In this document: in pieces, positions 12,859-22,719 of the stretch | Layout of the letters: every line of letters begins with the position of its first letter | How positions within the stretch are numbered: the first letter of the stretch is position 1 | Position numbers and translations under genes: made by a program | Notes under the pieces: model-generated | Told to the model about the DNA's origin: nothing | The model's database searches: none | The model's input: only the letters and a program-made list of their open reading frames with translations | NCBI GenBank assembly: GCA_017561835.1 | Contig: JAFZBJ010000014.1 | Location: 1-52,955, forward strand | Direction of reading: 5' to 3' | Origin: Candidatus Saccharimonadota bacterium | GTDB lineage: Bacteria; Patescibacteriota; Saccharimonadia; Saccharimonadales; Saccharimonadaceae | Length of the DNA stretch: 52,955 nucleotides

Positions 12859-14676
12859 ATGATTTTAGACAAAGACAAAATTCGTAACGTTGCCATTATC
12901 GCGCACGTTGACCACGGTAAAACCACTCTTGTGGATGGCCTTTTGAAGCAATCCCACACTTTCCGTGACAACCAAGCCGAAATGCAACAAACTCTGATTA
13001 TGGACTCCATGGACCAGGAGCACGAGCGGGGAATTACCATCACCGCCAAGCAAACTGCCGTTTTTTATGATGGTTACAAAATCAACATCATTGATACCCC
13101 GGGCCACGCCGACTTTTCTGGTGAGGTTGAACGTACGCTCAACATGGCCGACGGCGTTATTCTAGTTGTTGACGCCCAAGAAGGTCCAATGCCACAAACC
13201 AAATTCGTATTACAAAAGGCTCTCGACCTTAAACTTCGCCCAGTTGTAGTTATCAACAAAATTGATAAACCAGCCGCTCGCATTGAAGAAGTTAAAGATG
13301 AAATTTCTGATCTCTTCCTTGAACTTGCTACCGACGAATCTCAACTTAACTATCCAATTTACTACGCCATTGCCCGCGACGGCAAGGCTGGTAAAACTCC
13401 AGAACTTGATAATGATTTGCACGTAATCTTTGAATCCATCATCAATGATATTCCAGCACCAAAAGTTGATGAGAATTCCGACAAAGGCGCCCAGCTTCTT
13501 GTGGCCGCTCTTGCCGCTGATAATTATCTTGGCAAATACTGCATTGGTAAAATCTTCCGCGGCAAACTCAAAAAAGGCCAAGCTGTCAAAATCATGCGCG
13601 GCGAAACTATTAAGTCTGCCAAAATCGACCAAATCTTTTCTTATCGTGGCCTTAACAAAGAAGAAGTTGAAGAAGCTATTGCCGGCGACATTGTCGCATT
13701 AGTTGGCGTTGGTGAAGCAAACATTGGTGATACCATCGCTACCGGCGACACGCCAGAAGCCTTACCAACCATCGAACTCGAACCACCAACACTTTCTATT
13801 TACATTGGCCCAAACACCAGCCCACTCAAAGGTAAAGAAGGCGAATTCACCACTTCCCGCCAAATCGCTGAACGTCTAGAAAAAGAACTTGAAACCAACA
13901 TCGCACTCAAAATCGAACCAGATGGTCTTGGCTACAAAGTTTCTGGCCGTGGCGAGTTACATCTTTCTGTTTTGATTGAAACCATGCGCCGCGAAGGCTA
14001 CGAACTTGAAGCCGGACGCCCTGAAGTAGTCTACAAAGAAATCGATGGCGTGAAATGCGAACCAATCGAAAGCTTAACTGTAGAAGTTGGCCCAGAATTT
14101 GTCGGTGCCGTTTCACAAGAGCTTGGTATTAGAAAAGCTGAACTTAAATCACAAGATTTAACTTCAACCGGCGCCACCCGCTTTACCTACGAAATTTCTA
14201 CCGCCGCTTTGATCGGCCTTCGCAACAACTTGCTTACCGCAACCAAAGGCACAGTCCTCATGTCTAGCCTTCCATGCGGCTACCGCCCAGTTGATTCTAA
14301 ATACAAACCAGAACGTAACGGCGCTTTGATCGCTTTCGAATCTGGCGTTTCTACCGCCTACGCATTGGACGCTGCGCAAGCTCGTGGTATCTTGTATATC
14401 CCACCACAGGTGCCAGTTTATCAAGGCATGATCGTGGGTCTTTCCAACAAAAAAGATGACCTTGACATCAATATCTGCCGTGAAAAGCAACTCACCAACA
14501 TGCGTACCCACGCATCGGATGGCGCTATCCAACTTACGCCATACACTCAACTTTCACTTGAACAATGTTTGGATTTTCTTTTGGACGATGAACTTCTCGA
14601 AGTCACACCAAAATCACTGCGCCTCAGAAAGCGTCAGCTAGATCCAATTAAAAGAAAACGCGAAAATCGTATGTAA
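12859..14676 (+). CDS. typA: translational GTPase TypA/BipA
   Basis: [34 protein letters not shown] and [13 protein letters not shown] motifs. Confidence 0.97.
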   Translation: MILDKDKIRNVAIIAHVDHGKTTLVDGLLKQSHTFRDNQAEMQQTLIMDSMDQEHERGITITAKQTAVFYDGYKINIIDTPGHADFSGEVERTLNMADGVILVVDAQEGPMPQTKFVLQKALDLKLRPVVVINKIDKPAARIEEVKDEISDLFLELATDESQLNYPIYYAIARDGKAGKTPELDNDLHVIFESIINDIPAPKVDENSDKGAQLLVAALAADNYLGKYCIGKIFRGKLKKGQAVKIMRGETIKSAKIDQIFSYRGLNKEEVEEAIAGDIVALVGVGEANIGDTIATGDTPEALPTIELEPPTLSIYIGPNTSPLKGKEGEFTTSRQIAERLEKELETNIALKIEPDGLGYKVSGRGELHLSVLIETMRREGYELEAGRPEVVYKEIDGVKCEPIESLTVEVGPEFVGAVSQELGIRKAELKSQDLTSTGATRFTYEISTAALIGLRNNLLTATKGTVLMSSLPCGYRPVDSKYKPERNGALIAFESGVSTAYALDAAQARGILYIPPQVPVYQGMIVGLSNKKDDLDINICREKQLTNMRTHASDGAIQLTPYTQLSLEQCLDFLLDDELLEVTPKSLRLRKRQLDPIKRKRENRM

Positions 14677-14682
14677 AAAATT

Positions 14683-14707
14683 AAGACCCGGCAAATAGCC
14701 GGGTCTT
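14683..14707. terminator. bidirectional terminator between typA and the convergent orphan gene
   Basis: aagacccggc / gccgggtctt inverted repeat with A-rich and T-rich flanks. Confidence 0.75.
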
Positions 14708-14726
14708 TCTAAGAAGGACGAGCATG

Positions 14727-14924
14727 TTATGCTCTAGCTGAAGTTGCTTCTTTCAACTTCTGTCTAAGCTGCCATGTACCCAGGTGCTTCTTCGGGTCGA
14801 TTGGCCCATAAGCTTCACGATATTTTTCCTCGGCGACACGTTCATTGTCGTCATCAGATCTAGAAGTCATCACTTCTATAACATCGTTAGATACATCAAC
14901 ATTGGTCTTTTTTACCTGTTTCAT
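14727..14924 (-). CDS. orphan 65-aa hydrophilic protein
   Basis: ATG 14924 behind strong SD aaggaggtg. Own TG-extended TATAAT promoter near 14966-14995. Confidence 0.65.
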   Translation of the reverse strand: MKQVKKTNVDVSNDVIEVMTSRSDDDNERVAEEKYREAYGPIDPKKHLGTWQLRQKLKEATSARA

Positions 14925-15011
14925 ATTTCTCACCTCCTTGAGAATATAGGCCAAGAACCTCATTAATTATATCATCCCTATAAGCATCTTCACAAGTGCT
15001 ATAATAAAAAC

Positions 15012-15773
15012 ATGTTAATTGATTCTCATTGCCATCTGCACGACCGCGAGTTTTTCACGGAAGAGCAAGCCAAGACCGCTTTAGAAAACGCCACTAAAAA
15101 CGGTGTCGAAAAAATCATTTGTATTGGCACCGATGCCGACGATTCAATCGCTGCGCGCGACTATGCCGAAGGCAAAGCAAATGTTTATTGGACTTATGGC
15201 GTGCATCCATCCGAATGGAAAAAATGGCAGGAAACTAATTGTGACAAAGAAGTTAACCGCGGCAAATTTCATCACGGGCTTAAAGCACCAGTTGCAATTG
15301 GCGAAGTTGGACTGGATTATCATTACGGCAAAGACGACCACGAAGAGCAGAAAAAGTTATTTATCGAAATGCTCGAGCTCGCCAAGATTCACCACCTACC
15401 GGTAGTCTTTCATGTGCGCGAAGCGTTCGATGACTTTTTTGAAATCGTCAAAAACTATCCCGAAATCAAAGGCGTTGTACATTCTTTTTCGGACAACAAA
15501 AAAGTTTTGAAACGCATTTTAGACGAAACCAATTACTATATTGGCGTGAATGGTCTCGCCACTTATTCAACTCTCCCGACTCCACCACTCGAAAGAATTT
15601 TGCTCGAAACCGACGCGCCGTTTCTCGCGCCAGTGCCGCACAAAGGCGAAACCAACGAGCCAGCCTACATTAAAGATATTGCAAAGTGGCTAAGCGAAAA
15701 ACTTGGCGTTGATGTAAAAACCGTAGCGAGTGTCACCACTAAAAACGTCGAAGACCTTTTTAAACTTTCCTAA
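15012..15773 (+). CDS. tatD: TatD family hydrolase/DNase
   Basis: IDSHCHL, GVHP, IGEVGLDYHY, HVREA, VHSF and LLETDAPFLAP motifs. Confidence 0.93.
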   Translation: MLIDSHCHLHDREFFTEEQAKTALENATKNGVEKIICIGTDADDSIAARDYAEGKANVYWTYGVHPSEWKKWQETNCDKEVNRGKFHHGLKAPVAIGEVGLDYHYGKDDHEEQKKLFIEMLELAKIHHLPVVFHVREAFDDFFEIVKNYPEIKGVVHSFSDNKKVLKRILDETNYYIGVNGLATYSTLPTPPLERILLETDAPFLAPVPHKGETNEPAYIKDIAKWLSEKLGVDVKTVASVTTKNVEDLFKLS

Positions 15774-15792
15774 ATTGTGTTACAATGAGCTT

Positions 15793-16209
15793 ATGGATAA
15801 GCCAAAGAAATCTGCGAAAAAAACTATTTCAATTATTATTTTTATCATCGGGTTCGTCACGCTCGCCGCTGGCGCCGTGATGTTTGTGCTCGACTGGCTC
15901 AAAAAGCCAGCTGTTGAAGATGCCGAATATTTTGTTTCGGTCGGCGAATGGGTTGAGCAAGATAGTGACAGCGTAATTTGGAAATTCACCGAAATCGGTA
16001 AAGGCACACTCACTACCAACGGTCACCTGGATGATTACGATTTCATTTGGTCGCTTGAGGGCAACAAACTCAAAATCGAAACCGCTTGGCTTTACGACCT
16101 TGAAGACGAATTTACCTATACCTTGGATCAAAAAGAAAACACCCTGAAACTCGAAAGCGACGGCAAAACCGTCACCTTCGTACCAAAATCAGAACCTGCC
16201 GAAGAATAA
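15793..16209 (+). CDS. membrane-anchored hypothetical protein with a small beta-rich ectodomain
   Basis: ATG 6 nt after TGTTACAAT. N-terminal TM followed by a G.W..F..G beta-rich region. Confidence 0.75.
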   Translation: MDKPKKSAKKTISIIIFIIGFVTLAAGAVMFVLDWLKKPAVEDAEYFVSVGEWVEQDSDSVIWKFTEIGKGTLTTNGHLDDYDFIWSLEGNKLKIETAWLYDLEDEFTYTLDQKENTLKLESDGKTVTFVPKSEPAEE

Positions 16210-17673
16210 TTAATTCAAATCAACTTCGGCGCCACAAGTGGCGTTAATACCGAGATTTGATAAAATCACCATCTCGTCATCCGGAATCATGTGCGTAGCA
16301 TGAAACTGCGCACTTTTTAGTTTGTCCAGGTTGTTTAGAGCTTTCTTTACAATTGGATTTGTAGTCGAACAAATTGAAAGCGCCATCAACACTTCGTTGA
16401 GCTTGAGATAGCTTTCTTTGAAGTTCGAAGTTTTGTTTTTGATTTCAAGAATCGGCTCAAGCACGGTTGGCGAAATCAAATCTACTTCGTCTGGAATCTT
16501 AGTAATATGTTTAATAGCGTTGATGATGGTACTAGAAACTGGGGATAGATAGCCGGTTTTGCGGCCAGTAATGTATTTGCGGCCAATTTCAATTGCAGCG
16601 CTTGGCAAGTTGTTGGCGGCTTTGCGTTTTTCCTCGGCTTTCTTTGCAACTTCGCGATCGTTTTCAGAAATCTTGAGCTCGTTCATCAAAAGTTTGATAC
16701 GGTCTGGCACCTCTGGCTCCACCAAACCTTTTTTAAGATCCACCACGGCGCGGTAGTAACGACGCACAATTTCGTCTTTGGCGGCTTTCTGCACGGCAGC
16801 ATCGTCTGTAATACAAAAACCAACCATATTCACGCCCATGTCAGTTGGCGAGAAATAAATGCTTTTGCCCATAATGCGAGTCAAAATTTCTTTTAGGACC
16901 GGAAAGGTTTCAAGGTCGCGGTTGTAATTAACTACAGTTTCACCGTATTTTTCGAGATGGAAATAATCGATCATGTTTTTATCGTTAAGGTCGGCCGTAG
17001 CAGCTTCGTAGGCGATATTCACTGGGTGCTTTAATGGCAAATTCCAAACTGGGAAAGTTTCAAACTTGGCATAGCCGGCCTTCACGCCACGCTTGCATTC
17101 GTGATAAAGCTGCGAAAGGGAAGTAGCAAGCTTGCCGGAGCATGGGCCCGGAGCAGACACCACCACCAATTTTTTTGTGGTTTCAATATATGGATTGGCG
17201 CCGTAGCCTTCGTCGGAAACAATCGTATCAACGTCGGTAGGATAGCCTTTTGTGAAAGTGTGGAAGTATGGTTTGATGCTGTAGTCTTCAAGTTTTTTAG
17301 CAAAATCTTTAGCCTTTTTCTGACCATCAAACAAAGTAATAACAACCGAATTTACGGTAAGGCCTTTGCTGCGCAAAAATTCAATCAGGCGCAATACTTC
17401 GGTTTCGTAAGAAATCATGTGGTCAGCGCGAATTTTACTTTTTTCAATCGCGTTGGCATTAATGCAAAGAATCACCTCGGCTTGATCTTTGAATTCTTGG
17501 AGAAGACGAATCTTGAGGTCTGGCAAAAAGCCCGGAATCGTGCGTGCAGCGTGCTGATCGTCTATTAACTTCCCACCAAATTCGATATAAAGTTTATCGA
17601 ACATTTTAATACGTTCTTTGATTTTTTTGGTTTGGAGTTTTAGGTACTTTTCAGCATCAAAACACTTTTTCAC
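16210..17673 (-). CDS. DUF1846 (UPF0371) family protein
   Basis: FD..KY...Q, LYIEFGGKL.DD.HAAR, APGPCSGKLAT and YAKFETFPVWNLPLKHPVNIAYEAATADL. GTG start with SD aaggagg. Confidence 0.88.
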   Translation of the reverse strand: MKKCFDAEKYLKLQTKKIKERIKMFDKLYIEFGGKLIDDQHAARTIPGFLPDLKIRLLQEFKDQAEVILCINANAIEKSKIRADHMISYETEVLRLIEFLRSKGLTVNSVVITLFDGQKKAKDFAKKLEDYSIKPYFHTFTKGYPTDVDTIVSDEGYGANPYIETTKKLVVVSAPGPCSGKLATSLSQLYHECKRGVKAGYAKFETFPVWNLPLKHPVNIAYEAATADLNDKNMIDYFHLEKYGETVVNYNRDLETFPVLKEILTRIMGKSIYFSPTDMGVNMVGFCITDDAAVQKAAKDEIVRRYYRAVVDLKKGLVEPEVPDRIKLLMNELKISENDREVAKKAEEKRKAANNLPSAAIEIGRKYITGRKTGYLSPVSSTIINAIKHITKIPDEVDLISPTVLEPILEIKNKTSNFKESYLKLNEVLMALSICSTTNPIVKKALNNLDKLKSAQFHATHMIPDDEMVILSNLGINATCGAEVDLN

Positions 17674-17793
17674 TTTTTGACCTCCTTATAACCCTTTAAT
17701 TATAACATAGCGAAAAAATTGCCAGTGATTTTTTGAAAATTTTTTGTCGTAACCAAAATCGCCAAAAACGTAAAAATATGTTATAATATATCT

Positions 17794-18933
17794 ATGATTT
17801 ATCTTGATCACGCGGCAGCTACGCCAACCTCGAAAAAGGCCCTCAAGGCTATGGAGCCGTATTTTGCGGACCTCTTTTTTAATCCTTCCGCGCCATACAT
17901 TTCAGCCAACCACGTGCGTCAAGACTACGAAAAAGCCAAGGACGAAATCGCCCATGCCATCGGCGCCAAAGGCGCAGACCTCGTGATGACCTCCGGCGCT
18001 ACCGAATCAATCAATCTCGCATTCAATATTTTGGAGCCAAACGCTGAAGTTTTGATTTCCGCCGTCGAGCACAAATCCGTAATAGAAGCCGCCAAAAAAT
18101 TTAACTGCAATACAATTAATGTCGACAAATTTGGCCGAGTTTTAATCAATGATTTTAAGAAAAAACTAAGCAAAAAAACTCAGTTTGTTTCTGTGTGTCT
18201 AGCCTCTGGAGAACTTGGCACCATTCAACCGATTTCCGAAATCGCTGCGATTATTAAAGATGAAGTTTTACGCCGCAAATTAGCAGGCGAAACCACGCCG
18301 CTTTATTTCCACTGCGACGCCTCACAAGGAATTGGCATTCTCGAAGCCAAAGTTGGGCGCCTCGGCGTTGATCTTCTTACTATTAACTCCGCCAAAGTCT
18401 ACGGGCCAAAGGGCGTTGGCGCTTTGTATGTTGGCCACAACGTCAAACTAAAACCAATGACCGTGGGTGGCGGACAGGAAATGGGCCTTCGTTCTGGTAC
18501 TGAGAATGTGCCAGGCGTAATTGGTTTTGCTGCCGCCATCAAAGACGCCGAAGGACATCTAAACGCCGAGAGAAAACGCCTCGAAAAACTCAAAACTATC
18601 TTAAAAAACGAATTAAAAGACGTCCCAGATATTATTTTCCTAGGAAATCCGAAGTATCAGCTAGCAAATTTCGTGCCAATTTCCGTGCCAGGCGTAGACG
18701 CCGAGCGCATCATTTTCGCCCTCGAAAACGAAGAAGTCTATCTTTCTACCGGTGCTGCTTGCTCAGCCTCAAAGGGAGTTAAATCCGTCACCCTTACCGC
18801 TATTGGCCTAGATGACGCCGCCATCGCAGGGTCACTTCGTATCACGATGGGTAAGCTAAACGACGAAGAAAACATCAAAAAAGCCGGCGAATTGATCAAA
18901 AACGCCATTATCTCAGAAAAACAAAGAGTATAA
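17794..18933 (+). CDS. iscS: cysteine desulfurase (IscS/NifS-like, class V PLP enzyme)
   Basis: IYLDHAAATP, TSGATES, HCDASQ, SAKVYGPKG, RSGTENV and catalytic STGAACS. Probable sulfur donor for MnmA. Confidence 0.9.
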   Translation: MIYLDHAAATPTSKKALKAMEPYFADLFFNPSAPYISANHVRQDYEKAKDEIAHAIGAKGADLVMTSGATESINLAFNILEPNAEVLISAVEHKSVIEAAKKFNCNTINVDKFGRVLINDFKKKLSKKTQFVSVCLASGELGTIQPISEIAAIIKDEVLRRKLAGETTPLYFHCDASQGIGILEAKVGRLGVDLLTINSAKVYGPKGVGALYVGHNVKLKPMTVGGGQEMGLRSGTENVPGVIGFAAAIKDAEGHLNAERKRLEKLKTILKNELKDVPDIIFLGNPKYQLANFVPISVPGVDAERIIFALENEEVYLSTGAACSASKGVKSVTLTAIGLDDAAIAGSLRITMGKLNDEENIKKAGELIKNAIISEKQRV

Positions 18934-18935
18934 TC

Positions 18936-18964
18936 TTGACTTTTTAAAGCATTTGTGCTATAAT
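18936..18964 (+). promoter_or_regulatory. stereotyped orphan-cassette promoter
   Basis: ttgactttttaaagcatttgtgctataat (TTGACT-17-TATAAT with TG). Near-identical to the promoters at 45532-45560 and 46848-46876. Confidence 0.8.
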
Positions 18965-19117
18965 TAAAGAATAGTTAGTGATTTTGCACTAACTTGTATT
19001 TTTTATAGAGCAGAACATCTATTCCACCCCCATAAAAGCTTCTGGCTCGTCCTGCCCATTAATATAGTGGTCAGAACGAGCTAGATGCTCAAAAATTTAC
19101 ATAGGAGGGGTTGTATT

Positions 19118-19633
19118 ATGAATACTGTTGTATTGGAAAAGGAACTCGAGAAGGTAGCAGAGGTTTTTGCAAATTTCGGCTTCAAGCGTTGTGGGTACGT
19201 AGACATCACGGTCTATCTCTTCAATAAATGTGAAGAGGTTGTTACGATCGGTATAGGATGTCGCAGTTTGGCCTTCGATGCTACAGCAGATCGCGCTTTT
19301 TTGCGGTGGGATGCAAAAGAGTGGCAGACGTATCTGTTGAAAAGAACCCACTATTTCACCAGCATGACGTTAACACACGTCGCTGCAATCGACATTTTCT
19401 TTAGTGGGACCGAAGCCGGCTTGAGTTACAAGATCGAGGCAACGAGTTTCAAAGATCGACCGCAGTTCGATCGAATGCTCGTGTATACCAACCCGATAAG
19501 GGAAATTCGCTTAACGCCAAAAGAATCGGCACAAATTGCAAGCACGAGAACAGTCAGAAAGTTCGCAAGAGAGCTTAGCAGAGAAAGATTCTTTAAAACT
19601 ACAAGCGATACCGCACTGGTGCAAAAAAGTTAA
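19118..19633 (+). CDS. orphan hypothetical protein (171 aa)
   Basis: ATG 19118 behind SD aggagggg. Bracketed by its own promoter and terminator. Confidence 0.65.
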   Translation: MNTVVLEKELEKVAEVFANFGFKRCGYVDITVYLFNKCEEVVTIGIGCRSLAFDATADRAFLRWDAKEWQTYLLKRTHYFTSMTLTHVAAIDIFFSGTEAGLSYKIEATSFKDRPQFDRMLVYTNPIREIRLTPKESAQIASTRTVRKFARELSRERFFKTTSDTALVQKS

Positions 19634-19645
19634 TTGATGTTCTAT

Positions 19646-19676
19646 AAGCCCCACGAATTATTTCGTGGGGCTTTTT
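19646..19676 (+). terminator. intrinsic terminator
   Basis: aagccccacgaa / ttcgtggggctt followed by a T tract. Confidence 0.8.
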
Positions 19677-19685
19677 AACGCCATA

Positions 19686-19714
19686 TTGACAAAAACTAAA
19701 ATCTATATTATTAT
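19686..19714 (+). promoter_or_regulatory. sigma70 promoter of the 71-aa orphan gene
   Basis: TTGACA-17-TATTAT. Confidence 0.65.
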
Positions 19715-19747
19715 ATAGAGTATCTTTTTGCAAAAGGAGGGGCTTTT

Positions 19748-19963
19748 ATGAAAGGATTCTTAAAAGTCTACGGCATTATTGCCGGAGTGTTAGTAACAAT
19801 CTGTTTAACAGCTATCGTAATCGATTTGGTACACGCCATGTTTCAAACGTTTTGCACAAAACACCTGCTTGGAGGCGACCCGAATCACGACAGATGGTAC
19901 TATGAAGACGCAGACGAAGACGGCACTGCCGTTGTAGGACACGTAGAGAAAACAGAGAGTTAA
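19748..19963 (+). CDS. orphan 71-aa single-TM protein
   Basis: SD aaggagg. TM VYGIIAGVLVTICLTAIVI and an acidic C-terminus. Confidence 0.7.
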   Translation: MKGFLKVYGIIAGVLVTICLTAIVIDLVHAMFQTFCTKHLLGGDPNHDRWYYEDADEDGTAVVGHVEKTES

Positions 19964-19971
19964 TTACCCAT

Positions 19972-20028
19972 GCGGGGCTAATCTAGCCCCGCTTTTTCAT
20001 TTTCAAAAAATATGTTATAATATGAATA
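19972..20028 (+). repeat. terminator+promoter direct repeat, copy 1
   Basis: gcggggc-7-gccccgc, T tract, then aaaatatgttataatatgaata. Matches 20462-20517 with the last 22 nt identical. Confidence 0.8.
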
Positions 20029-20047
20029 CAAATCTTATGGAAGGGGG

Positions 20048-20473
20048 GTGGCATCATTGGATGAGCACCTTAAAGAAGCCAGGGTCAGTAATTTTCTCAA
20101 ATGGGTAGACAGTGACGGATTTATTTCAATAGGCTCAGATGTAGTTGTAATACTATTCAACATAATATCCGTTATACTTTACGCGAACTCGATTGGAGAT
20201 GCGATAGCCTTATTCTGTGCAGAAATGTTCTTCGAAGTTGGCGCCATCCCGGCTGGGGTATCAATTCTATCGAAATGGTACAAACCCCAGGAGAATCGCA
20301 AGTCCTACGCGAAGAGAATTATCATATGGGTAATCACCGTATTACTGATCATAATGTTCACATTACTAAAAGTAAAAGAGCTAAAGCTGCCACATTTTTT
20401 CGCTTATATAGCCTTATTTGTGTTCACGATTGTAGTAGTAATGTGGCAAGTCACATTAGAAGCGGAGCATTAA
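20048..20473 (+). CDS. orphan ~4-TM membrane protein
   Basis: 141-aa ORF with four hydrophobic segments. The stop codon lies in the loop of the downstream hairpin. GTG start is uncertain. Confidence 0.6.
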   Translation: MASLDEHLKEARVSNFLKWVDSDGFISIGSDVVVILFNIISVILYANSIGDAIALFCAEMFFEVGAIPAGVSILSKWYKPQENRKSYAKRIIIWVITVLLIIMFTLLKVKELKLPHFFAYIALFVFTIVVVMWQVTLEAEH

Positions 20474-20517
20474 ATGCCCCGCTTTTTTTATCTCGAAAAT
20501 ATGTTATAATATGAATA
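20462..20517 (+). repeat. terminator+promoter direct repeat, copy 2 (also the mnmA promoter)
   Basis: gcggagc-7-gccccgc, T tract, then aaaatatgttataatatgaata. Confidence 0.8.
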
Positions 20518-21542
20518 TGAAAACAGTTTACGTCGGTATGTCCGGTGGAGTTGACTCCTCAGTTTCGGCCGCATTATTAAAGGATGCAGGCTACAAAGTT
20601 GTTGGTGTCTACATGAAAAACTGGTCCAAAAATCTCCCGGGCATGAAATGCCCATGGGCCGAAGATCTCGCCGACGCCAAACGTGTAGCCGTAAAACTCG
20701 GCATCGATTTTAAAGTTTTTGATTTTGAAAACGACTACAAGCAAAAAGTCGTGGACTACATGCTGGATGAATACAAAAAAGGCAACACGCCAAATCCAGA
20801 CATCATGTGTAACCAAGAAATCAAATTTAAACTCTTTGCCGAAACCGCTTTTGAAGACGGCGCCGATTTTATCGCGACCGGTCACTATGCAAAAACTGAA
20901 AACGGGGAACTGCTCCGCGCCAAGGACGAGAACAAGGATCAAACTTACTTTTTGTATCGCGTCACTGCCGACGTTTTGAAGCGCACGATTTTTCCAGTTG
21001 GCGACATGCTAAAACCAGACGTTAAGAAGCTCGCTACAAAATACGGACTTTCAAACGCCTACAAAAAAGAATCCATGGGTGTTTGCTTTGTGGGCGAAGC
21101 TAACATGAAAGATTTTCTTAACGAATTTATCGACATCAAGCCAGGCGAAATTATCGAGCTTGAAACCGGCAAAAAACTCGGCTTTCATGACGGTGCAATT
21201 TTATATACAATCGGCCAACGCCACGGCCTAAACGTTGGTTCTGGTCTGCCTTATTACGTCGCCAAAAAAGATATCGAAAAAAATATCGTCTACGTTTCGA
21301 AGAATTTAAATACCGATAATTTGTGGGTCACCGAAATTCCATTAAAAGATATTTTTCTCCGCAAAAATCCAAGCTCTGATAATATTTTAGTGCGCCTTCG
21401 CCACCGCGCTACACTTTTACCAGCCAAATTTGACGGCGAAAAAATCGTATTCGAAAAACCAGTCAAGCGCATCGCTGCCGGCCAATCAGTAGTGTTTTAC
21501 GAAGACGAAGTCTGCCTTGGCGGCGGCATTATCGCAGAGTAG
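20517..21542 (+). CDS. mnmA: tRNA-specific 2-thiouridylase
   Basis: GMSGGVDSSV, TPNPDIMCN, ATGHYA, KDQTYFL, ESMGVCF and GQSVVFY motifs. Confidence 0.97.
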   Translation: MKTVYVGMSGGVDSSVSAALLKDAGYKVVGVYMKNWSKNLPGMKCPWAEDLADAKRVAVKLGIDFKVFDFENDYKQKVVDYMLDEYKKGNTPNPDIMCNQEIKFKLFAETAFEDGADFIATGHYAKTENGELLRAKDENKDQTYFLYRVTADVLKRTIFPVGDMLKPDVKKLATKYGLSNAYKKESMGVCFVGEANMKDFLNEFIDIKPGEIIELETGKKLGFHDGAILYTIGQRHGLNVGSGLPYYVAKKDIEKNIVYVSKNLNTDNLWVTEIPLKDIFLRKNPSSDNILVRLRHRATLLPAKFDGEKIVFEKPVKRIAAGQSVVFYEDEVCLGGGIIAE

Positions 21543-22683
21543 TTAAACCCTTTTTAACTTTAAGGCCGAGCACCGGCATCAATTGATAATCTAAATAACT
21601 TTCTTTTATAATGCCGTTTTCGACGGCACTTTTAATATTGTTGAACGCCGTAGCATAATCGGTCACGATTAGCATATTATTACCAGCCAGCACCGCCTGC
21701 ACTTCGGCAGGATACTCGCCATGATAATATTCTGCGATTGCATCCATCGACAAATCGTCAGTGATAATAACGCCAGAAAAGCCCAAATCGTCGGCGAGAA
21801 TTTTATGCACGTCGTGAGATAAAGAAGCCGGAGCAGAAGCGTCAATCTCTTGAATGATATTGTGCGAAACCATCACGAAATCAGCGCCAGCCTTAATTCC
21901 AGCTTCAAATGGCAAGAAGTCATTCTCCTTAAAACTCGCAATCGAGCGCGTATCAACGGAAACTAAACGATGTGTATCCACATTACAACCGTAACCTGGA
22001 AAATGTTTTAACGTGGCCGAAATATTCGAGCCATGATATTTTTCAGTGACATTTTTTATGTAATCCGCCGTGGCCGAAGCGCCCTGGCCAAACGTACGCG
22101 CATAGATAAAACTATTTTTATCTTCACAAACATCCGCGACCGGCGCAAAGTTCACATTCACGCCAATGCTGTCAAGCGTCGAAATTTTAGTTGCGGTATC
22201 GGTGAGAATTGCATCCATCCCGCCCTGCGCATAGAGCTCCTGCGGCGAAGCAAAATCAGCTAGCCCAGCATAAGAAAGCCGCGAAACCAGGCCGCCTTCT
22301 TCGTCGATGCCAATAAATAATTTCGTATTCAAATCGCGCTGCCAACTATCAACTTTGGTCTTGATTGAAGCCAAACTCTGCCCATCTACGTCGCGACCAA
22401 ACAAAATCAAACCACCAAGATGGTAGTTAGTAGCCACCGATTTGATATTCATTTCTGGCGCCCGAGCAAATAAAAGTTGCCCAACTTTTTCATCCAAAGT
22501 CATACCATCCAAAATCTCGGCCGCGCGCTCGTAATAAGCGCCGTAGAGTTCGTTACTTACTCCTTTTTCAATACTCACAGCCACAGTTGCCGAGTCAAAG
22601 TTTTTCGTCGCAATAATAAGCGCCGCGTATCCAGCAAACAAAGCCACCGTCACTACAATTAGAATTTTTGTGAGCTTACTCAT
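21529..22683 (-). CDS. membrane-anchored glycoside hydrolase family 3 (NagZ-like beta-N-acetylhexosaminidase)
   Basis: N-terminal TM. DEEGGLVSR, NFAPVADV, KHFPGYG...DTH and ITDDLSM motifs. Confidence 0.88.
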   Translation of the reverse strand: MSKLTKILIVVTVALFAGYAALIIATKNFDSATVAVSIEKGVSNELYGAYYERAAEILDGMTLDEKVGQLLFARAPEMNIKSVATNYHLGGLILFGRDVDGQSLASIKTKVDSWQRDLNTKLFIGIDEEGGLVSRLSYAGLADFASPQELYAQGGMDAILTDTATKISTLDSIGVNVNFAPVADVCEDKNSFIYARTFGQGASATADYIKNVTEKYHGSNISATLKHFPGYGCNVDTHRLVSVDTRSIASFKENDFLPFEAGIKAGADFVMVSHNIIQEIDASAPASLSHDVHKILADDLGFSGVIITDDLSMDAIAEYYHGEYPAEVQAVLAGNNMLIVTDYATAFNNIKSAVENGIIKESYLDYQLMPVLGLKVKKGLTTLR

Positions 22684-22719
22684 TGCCTTAATTATAACAG
22701 CTTCATGTATAATTGAACT

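Noticed and set aside
20022-20050. Phase variation at the G6 tract before the 20048 ORF (one extra G would put ATG 20037 in frame); other G tracts near 76, 11106 and 41535
   Set aside because: The tracts are short and there is no read evidence. The start of the 20048 ORF remains uncertain.
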